Assembly: GCA_049671165.1 (NCBI GenBank)
Contig: JBATUN010000012.1
Span: forward strand, 23,102-87,101
DNA length: 64,000 nt
Direction: 5' to 3'
DNA from: Dehalococcoidia bacterium
GTDB lineage: Bacteria > Chloroflexota > Dehalococcoidia > GIF9 > AB-539-J10
The translations under genes and the position numbers were made by a program. This document shows positions 58,669 through 64,000 of this stretch, piece by piece (the stretch's first letter is position 1; each line of letters starts with the position of its first letter). Under the pieces are notes generated by a model. It was not told where the DNA came from. It saw nothing but the letters and a program-made list of their open reading frames with translations, and searched no databases.

Positions 58669-58949
58669 TGGAAGAAGCGGTTCCGTTTAGTATTGATTTG
58701 AGTGATGAGGATATAGATGTGGTTGTGAAGGCGTTAGGTAAGCGCTTTAAGTTTGGCAAAGATGGTCCTGTTAAGACTGTAGCTTTGGCTTTAGTAGTGG
58801 CTGAGTTAGAGGTTGCCATGTATAAGACGTTGATGGATAAAGCTGGATGTGTTAATTTAGATGATGTTGTGAATAAGGTGAGGTTTTGGAGTTTGGAGCA
58901 AGGTTCGTCTTTAAGTGAGCGATGGCTGCGTCGTCATGGGATTACGTGA
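58668..58949 (+). CDS. Hypothetical protein (island cargo), start overlaps the SSB-like stop
   Basis: 93-aa ORF, ATGA overlap with the upstream gene. Confidence 0.35.
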   Translation: MEEAVPFSIDLSDEDIDVVVKALGKRFKFGKDGPVKTVALALVVAELEVAMYKTLMDKAGCVNLDDVVNKVRFWSLEQGSSLSERWLRRHGIT

Positions 58950-58967
58950 GTATGATGGGTGTTGCTA

Positions 58968-59042
58968 TGGAGCGGGAGACGGGACTCGAACCCGCGACTC
59001 TCTGCTTGGGAAGCAGATGTTCTACTACTGAACTACTCCCGC
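58968..59042 (-). tRNA. tRNA-Gly (anticodon CCC), copy A, CCA-encoded, atypical D-loop (no GG)
   Basis: Minus strand GCGGGAGTAGTTCAGTAGTAGAACATCTGCTTCCCAAGCAGAGAGTCGCGGGTTCGAGTCCCGTCTCCCGCTCCA. D-loop AGTAGTA lacks the conserved G18G19, so it may be impaired. Confidence 0.7.
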
Positions 59043-59295
59043 GTGAGTGCTGTTATGGCTATTGATGGTGAGGTACTGCGGTGAGTATCCTCCCCAATGG
59101 CCATTCAGGTATTGCTTGGATTGCAGGAGGTGGCTAGATAGATTGATACCACTACAGGTAATGGAGTTTGCTGAGTGAACTGGATGGAGAATTATGTCTG
59201 GGGTGCATGATAGGCTTGTAAGAGGCTTAAAAGTGCCTCTGAGGGCATTGCGGGGCAAAGTGACAGGCGGTGGCGATCGCTTGCGACAAGCCACT

Positions 59296-59523
59296 GCAAG
59301 AGAAGAGAAGAAAAGAGAAAGAAGAACAGAAGGAGAAAGAGAAGAAGCAAGAAAAGAAGCAAGAAAAGAAGCAAGAGAAGGAGAGAGAGAAGAAGCGAGA
59401 GAGGAAGCAAGAGAAGAAGCAAGGGAAGAAGGAAGAGAAGAAGATAAGAGAAGAGAAGATAAGAGAAGGGGAAGAAGAGAAGAGAAAGAAGGGAAGAAGC
59501 GAGAGAAAAAGAAAGAGAAGAAG
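59296..59523 (+). repeat. ~230-nt homopurine (A/G, few C, 2 T) low-complexity tract with GAAGCAAGA(A/G)AA-type periodicity
   Basis: Direct reading shows only two T in 228 nt on the + strand. Generates spurious K/E/R-rich ORFs in several frames. Confidence 0.8.
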
Positions 59524-59672
59524 TAACAAGAAGAGAAGAGGGGATACTGGCAATTATTTTTGTATCCCTGTCAAAGAAAGAATTTGAAGGGCAGAAGTAG
59601 GTGCGGAAGTGGTGGAATGGGGGCCGTGGAATGGAGAGTTGGGTGAGGGTTATGATGGCGGGAAGTGAAGTG

Positions 59673-59744
59673 AGCGGGAGACGGGACTCGAACCCGCGAC
59701 CCTCTGCTTGGGAAGCAGATGCTCTACCACTGAGCTACTCCCGC
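59673..59744 (-). tRNA. tRNA-Gly (anticodon CCC), copy B (canonical D-loop, no encoded CCA)
   Basis: Minus strand GCGGGAGTAGCTCAGTGGTAGAGCATCTGCTTCCCAAGCAGAGGGTCGCGGGTTCGAGTCCCGTCTCCCGCT. Confidence 0.85.
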
Positions 59745-59812
59745 GTGGGTGCTGTTATGGCTATTGGTAGTGAGGTAATGTGTTCGATATATCCCTCGAA
59801 TAGCCATTCAGG

Positions 59813-59852
59813 TATTGCTTGGGAAGCAAGCACTCTACCGCTGAGTTACACC
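59813..59852 (-). repeat. Orphan 5' half of the original tRNA-Gly(CCC) (acceptor GCGGGTG through anticodon loop)
   Basis: Minus strand GCGGGTGTAACTCAGCGGTAGAGTGCTTGCTTCCCAAG, then continues into the conserved ~90-nt unit (CAATACCTGAATGGCTATT...) rather than a T-arm. Confidence 0.7.
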
Positions 59853-59869
59853 CGCAATTAGTTATATTA

Positions 59870-61180
59870 TCAGGCGGGAGGACCGATAATGTCAAGGACA
59901 GATTTCTCTAGTGGTCTCATTGTCAACAATTTCCTGGCAATTTTAGGATATTTGGCAATGAAGAGTAATTCATCTTCCACGAGTGGCTTTTGCGCTTCCA
60001 CATTGGCATACCTTACTAGTTCCAGAATCTCTTCAGCTTGTCGGTCATCTTCAAACGACACCTCCATCTGCCCCATTATGTGACTGAAGCCTGATATGCC
60101 GATATATTGCCCTGAGCATATCTCTCTGCCAGTCTCTACAAGCTCTGGATCACCTCTACCCAGTTCGTTGAAGCTATATAGCTCGTAGTTCTCCGGGTCT
60201 TTCAATACTCCATCAGCGTGAATACCAGAACCGTGGGCGAAGGCGTTAGCACCGACGCCAGGCTGGTTTATAGGAATGGGGACCCTAAAAGCATAGCTGG
60301 CGAATTTACTTACTTTCCAAGCCTTTGTCAGGTCTATGGGCTTTCCTATTCGATATTCTTCAGCGAATCCCTTGGATTTGGTAATAGCTAGAGCCGTGGC
60401 TATTAGGTCAGCGTTACCGGCTCTTTCTCCAATACCATTGAGGGTGGTGTTTATGTAAGCATCCTGTCCACCGTCTATAGCCCCTTTAGCCCCGGCAAGG
60501 GAATTAGCCGCAGCCATTCCCAGGTCGCCATGGCAGTGGAGCTCGATAGGTATTCCAATGTTTTCTGCTAGTATCTTGGTGCTCTCGTAAATAGTAAATG
60601 CATTGTCATAGCCCAGGGTATCACAATACCTGAGTCGGTCAGCCCCGTGTTCCTTGGCTGCCAAGCCGAATCTAACTAAGAAATCTATTTCTGTTCTGGA
60701 GGCATCTTCGGCATTTACGCCTATGCTTTCAGCTCCATGGGCACGGGCCGCTTCTACAGCATCGACCATCATGACTACGATATCCTCTCGATCCTTTGTG
60801 CCCCCGAATTTGCCTTGAAGCATTTGGTCCGATGTGGAAATGGAGATGTTAAGGTGCTTAATACCAGGGACAAGCTTGAAGGTTTTTTCCACATCAGCAA
60901 CAACTGCCCTTATCCACCCCCCCAACCGGATGGGCTGCAAGACGCCCATCTCAGCCAGTTCCAGGTTTGCCTGAAGGTAAAGCGACTCGTGTCTGGTCGT
61001 CGGGAAACCAAATTCGGACTGGAAGACACCCATGTCATTGAGGTACATATTTATCATGGTTTTTTCCAGCTTAGACAAACCGAGGTTGGCGGTTTGAACG
61101 CCATCGCGATTGGTAACATCTATGAAATAAATCTTGGCCATCGTTGCCTCCCGGATGGGTGAATTGGATAAAGATAGCAT
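59870..61180 (-). CDS. 2-isopropylmalate synthase / homocitrate synthase / citramalate synthase family protein (short form, no LeuA regulatory domain)
   Basis: N-terminus MAKIYFIDVTNRDGVQT and DRE-TIM barrel HxH metal site (LHCHGDLGMA). Likely start 61142. Confidence 0.8.
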   Translation of the reverse strand: MLSLSNSPIREATMAKIYFIDVTNRDGVQTANLGLSKLEKTMINMYLNDMGVFQSEFGFPTTRHESLYLQANLELAEMGVLQPIRLGGWIRAVVADVEKTFKLVPGIKHLNISISTSDQMLQGKFGGTKDREDIVVMMVDAVEAARAHGAESIGVNAEDASRTEIDFLVRFGLAAKEHGADRLRYCDTLGYDNAFTIYESTKILAENIGIPIELHCHGDLGMAAANSLAGAKGAIDGGQDAYINTTLNGIGERAGNADLIATALAITKSKGFAEEYRIGKPIDLTKAWKVSKFASYAFRVPIPINQPGVGANAFAHGSGIHADGVLKDPENYELYSFNELGRGDPELVETGREICSGQYIGISGFSHIMGQMEVSFEDDRQAEEILELVRYANVEAQKPLVEDELLFIAKYPKIARKLLTMRPLEKSVLDIIGPPA

Positions 61181-61304
61181 TATTCTTTCGGGTTATCAAA
61201 TTCTGGCTCCCGTATGAGTGTCTGTGTCATCACCCTGAGAGGCGTTAGACTCTGCGCTGTCCCAGGATGGCAAGAAACGAAGGGGCTAGAAAGGCAGGAG
61301 GGTA

Positions 61305-62399
61305 TTGGAAACGCTTATTCAGAACTTCCTTGGTTTCGCCCTTTGGATTATACTAACGGCAACGATGGTCAGAGCAATAGAATGGTTTGATGGCAGGCTA
61401 AGGATACTGGACCAGAGCAAGCTTCCTGGGGAGCAAGTCTTCGTCAACCTGGATAACTACGGCGATGTGGTCGGCGCTATTAGGGAAATGAGGGTTCGCG
61501 GGGCACCGGCCATCGGGGTGGCTGCTGCCTACGGCATAGCTCTGGGTGCATCAGGTATAAAGACAGCCGACAAGGATGATTTTCTCGTGCAGTTGAATCA
61601 GGTCGCACAAGCTTTGGCTGCCTCTAGACCTACGGCGGTCAACCTCTTTCAAGCTATCAGTAGGATGAAGAAAGCTGCCGAGGGGGATGACGTTGCCGAA
61701 ATGAAGAAGTCGCTCATCAATGAAGCGAAGCGGATTCATCAGGAAGAAGTAACCGCAACCAAGAAACTCAGCCAGCTAGGAGCCGAGCTTATCCAAGATG
61801 GTTTTACTGTGCTTACTCATTGTAATGCCGGTGCTCTAGCTACCGCCGGCTATGGCACTGCTCTGGGTGTAATCAAAGCTGCCAAAGAACAGGGTAAGAA
61901 ACTGAGTGTCTTTGCCACGGAAACTCGTCCCTTGCTCCAGGGAGCCCGGCTAACTACCTGGGAGCTAATCCAGGAAGGCATACCTGTAACATTGATTACC
62001 GATTCCATGGCTGGCTATTTTATGAAACGGGGAGAGATTGACTGTGTCGTTGTCGGTGCTGATAGGATTGCCGCCAACGGCTATACTGCCAACAAGATTG
62101 GCACTTATACCCTGGCGGTACTTGCCAATGCCCACGGCATCCCGTTCTATGTCGCCGCCCCGACCACCACCATTGACCTCTCCCTGACCAGCGGCTACCA
62201 AATCCCCATTGAAGAGAGAAGCCCTGAGGAGGTAACTCATATCCGGGGAGTACCCATTGCTCCGGCAGGCATAAGGGCAGCCAATCCTGCCTTTGACATC
62301 ACTCCCCATAGTTATATAACTGCCATAATCACCGAAAAGGGCATAATAAGGGCACCTTATACAGAAGGGCTAAAGGCGATGGTCTTCAGATCTTTGTAG
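61305..62399 (+). CDS. mtnA: S-methyl-5-thioribose-1-phosphate isomerase (eIF-2B alpha/beta/delta family)
   Basis: N-terminal [13 protein letters not shown], then [12 protein letters not shown], and the C-terminal region is MtnA-like. Start probably about 61365. Confidence 0.8.
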   Translation: METLIQNFLGFALWIILTATMVRAIEWFDGRLRILDQSKLPGEQVFVNLDNYGDVVGAIREMRVRGAPAIGVAAAYGIALGASGIKTADKDDFLVQLNQVAQALAASRPTAVNLFQAISRMKKAAEGDDVAEMKKSLINEAKRIHQEEVTATKKLSQLGAELIQDGFTVLTHCNAGALATAGYGTALGVIKAAKEQGKKLSVFATETRPLLQGARLTTWELIQEGIPVTLITDSMAGYFMKRGEIDCVVVGADRIAANGYTANKIGTYTLAVLANAHGIPFYVAAPTTTIDLSLTSGYQIPIEERSPEEVTHIRGVPIAPAGIRAANPAFDITPHSYITAIITEKGIIRAPYTEGLKAMVFRSL

Positions 62400-62529
62400 T
62401 GACTTGATTCCTCAGGTGACATCTTCCACTACTATGGTCGTTCAACAAAGCAGGTCAAAGTTGTTCGAGACACAATATCTTGCTTTACCTTTCAGGAGTT
62501 GCAGTGATAAAATGGTATAAGGGATAGCG

Positions 62530-63282
62530 ATGTCAGGACATTCTAAGTGGGCAAATATTAAGCGGCAGAAGGGAGCGGCTGATGCCAGGCGCGGGCAGAT
62601 ATTCACCAAGCTTGCTCGAGAAATCATAGTTGCAGTGCGGCAAGGTGGAGCTAATTCAGATAGTAATTTCCAGTTACGTTTAGCAGTACAGAAAGCCCGC
62701 GATAACAACATGCCTTCGGATAATATAGAGAGGGCCATAAAGAGGGGTAGCGGTGAAGCCGGGGGAGCAGCCTTAGCTGAAGTGACATTCGAAGGCTATG
62801 GGCCGAGCGGGATAGCGGTTTTGGTGGAAACCCTGACGGATAACCGCAATCGCACTGTGCAGGATGTGCGCCGTCTGTTCACCAGGCACGGGGGAAATCT
62901 CGGTGAGAGTGGCTGTGTTTCCTGGCTCTTTGACAGCAGAGGAGTGATCACTGTAGAAGGCAATACCTCAGATGCTGAAGGAATAGTGCTACAGGCTATT
63001 GATGCTGGGGCTGAAGACGTGAAGGCCGAAAACGGTTATGTGGAAATCTACACCCAACCTCAGGATCTAGAAAAAGTAAGAAAGATCATTGAAGAGAAAG
63101 AGCATGTGGTTTCGGCGGAGCTCTCGCTAACGCCTAAAACGACAGTGGTACTGGACGAGAATAAAGCAGTTCAAGCTCTGAACTTCCTGGACGAGTTGGA
63201 AGGATTAGACGATGTGCAGCGTGTTTTCTCCAATATCGATTTTTCTGATGCTACCTTAGAAAGGCTGCGCAGTCAAACCTAA
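62530..63282 (+). CDS. yebC: YebC/PmpR family DNA-binding transcriptional regulator
   Basis: N-terminus MSGHSKWANIKRQKGAADARRG. 250 aa. Confidence 0.92.
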   Translation: MSGHSKWANIKRQKGAADARRGQIFTKLAREIIVAVRQGGANSDSNFQLRLAVQKARDNNMPSDNIERAIKRGSGEAGGAALAEVTFEGYGPSGIAVLVETLTDNRNRTVQDVRRLFTRHGGNLGESGCVSWLFDSRGVITVEGNTSDAEGIVLQAIDAGAEDVKAENGYVEIYTQPQDLEKVRKIIEEKEHVVSAELSLTPKTTVVLDENKAVQALNFLDELEGLDDVQRVFSNIDFSDATLERLRSQT

Positions 63283-63283
63283 C

Positions 63284-63784
63284 ATGCGCATTCTCGGCGT
63301 TGATCCGGGTACTATAAACTTGGGATATGGTGTGGTGGACGGCGAAGAGGAAATGCATATGGTAGATTGTGGGGTAGTCAATCTGTCAGCGCAGCTTCCT
63401 ATGGAGGAAAGGCTGCGCTCTCTCTACAGTGAGTTAAGCAAAATCATCGCCAGGCATAAACCAAGCGAAGTAGCCATTGAAGACCCCTTTATCGGCCACA
63501 ATGTAAGGTCAGCGTTCGCTATTGGGAAAGCGCAGGCTATAGCTATCCTGGCAGCAGCCAACAAGGGATTGCCTATCTACTATTACTCACCGGCCAAGAT
63601 AAAGAAGCAGATAACCAGCTACGGGCAAAGCGATAAGCGACAGGTTCAAGAAATGGTGAGAGTCCAGCTCCGGCTTGCTGAGCTGCCTCAGCCTAGCGAT
63701 GCTGCAGACGCCTTAGCGGTGGCTATGTGCCACATTCAGCAGAGGCGCCTTAGCCAATGGCTCACCGAACATACGCCGGAATGA
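63284..63784 (+). CDS. ruvC: Crossover junction endodeoxyribonuclease RuvC
   Basis: N-terminus MRILGVDPGT, RNase H-like fold. 166 aa. Confidence 0.92.
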   Translation: MRILGVDPGTINLGYGVVDGEEEMHMVDCGVVNLSAQLPMEERLRSLYSELSKIIARHKPSEVAIEDPFIGHNVRSAFAIGKAQAIAILAAANKGLPIYYYSPAKIKKQITSYGQSDKRQVQEMVRVQLRLAELPQPSDAADALAVAMCHIQQRRLSQWLTEHTPE

Positions 63785-64000
63785 TAGCCACATTAGAAGG
63801 AACACTGGAATATCGTGGTGAAGACTCTGTTATCATCAACGTTGGCGGCATAGGTTTTCGGGTATATGTCTCCAGCTCAACTTCAAGCCAGTTAGGAGCT
63901 GTCAAGGGCAGGGTTTCCCTTTATACCCATCTCCACGTGAGGGAGGATAATATTTCCCTTTACGGTTTTGCCTCCAGCGAGGAATTAACTTTGTTCAAGA
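63781..64000 (+). CDS. ruvA: Holliday junction ATP-dependent DNA helicase RuvA (3' end outside window)
   Basis: ATG overlapping the ruvC stop. Translation MIATLEGTLEYRGEDSVIINVGGIGFRVYVS... is the canonical RuvA domain I. Confidence 0.85.
   Translation, partial: MIATLEGTLEYRGEDSVIINVGGIGFRVYVSSSTSSQLGAVKGRVSLYTHLHVREDNISLYGFASSEELTLFK

Noticed and set aside
59194-59587. K/E/R-rich ORFs (59194-59526 +, 59270-59587 +) and L/F/S-rich antisense ORFs across the purine tract
   Set aside because: Low-complexity translations of a T-free homopurine tract. Present in multiple frames simultaneously, which is a hallmark of non-coding repeats.
59601-59861. 86-aa ORF on + strand between the tRNA-Gly copies
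   Set aside because: Directly overlaps tRNA-Gly copy B and the 5' tRNA half on the opposite strand. Composition-driven.
1-64000. CRISPR arrays, rRNA genes, transposase/IS elements
   Set aside because: No regularly spaced direct repeats with unique spacers. No rRNA-like conserved stretches. No transposase motifs (DDE/HTH_Tnp) seen in any ORF.

Overview
This 64-kb window reads as a chromosomal segment of an anaerobic bacterium. The gene content (hydrogenase maturation hypF and hypCDE, a B12-dependent class II RNR, a short 'core' MetE, btuFCD-cobO, mtnP/mtnA) fits a Chloroflexota/Dehalococcoidia-like organism, but that is an inference from content, not a database result. Most of the window is housekeeping: ilvDBNC, purD-purE-purB-(abfD-like)-purC, guaA, pfkA, nadK, rpiB, tsaC, yebC-ruvC-ruvA, and btuFCD-cobO with an embedded four-helix-bundle gene. 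There are four accessory signals. (1) A ~6.4-kb integrated element sits in a tRNA-Gly(CCC) gene at roughly 52.5-59.9 kb. It carries a tyrosine integrase, a HUH/Rep-like protein, an SSB-like protein, small membrane proteins and a standalone class III nucleotidyl cyclase. Its coding strand is strikingly G+T-rich, and the tRNA-Gly locus around it is rearranged (split original tRNA, two complete copies, conserved ~90-nt units, a T-free purine tract). (2) An XRE-HTH / ImmA-IrrE metalloprotease pair lies inside the nrdR-nrdJ operon. (3) A small structured repeat (TGTCATTGCGAG...GAAGCAATC) occurs at least 7 times, including in-frame inside hypF (twice) and purC. (4) A GAF-nuclease-like-HPRT fusion, and a duplicated ~95-bp block encoding a putative zinc-ribbon micro-ORF. 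No CRISPR array and no rRNA genes were seen.
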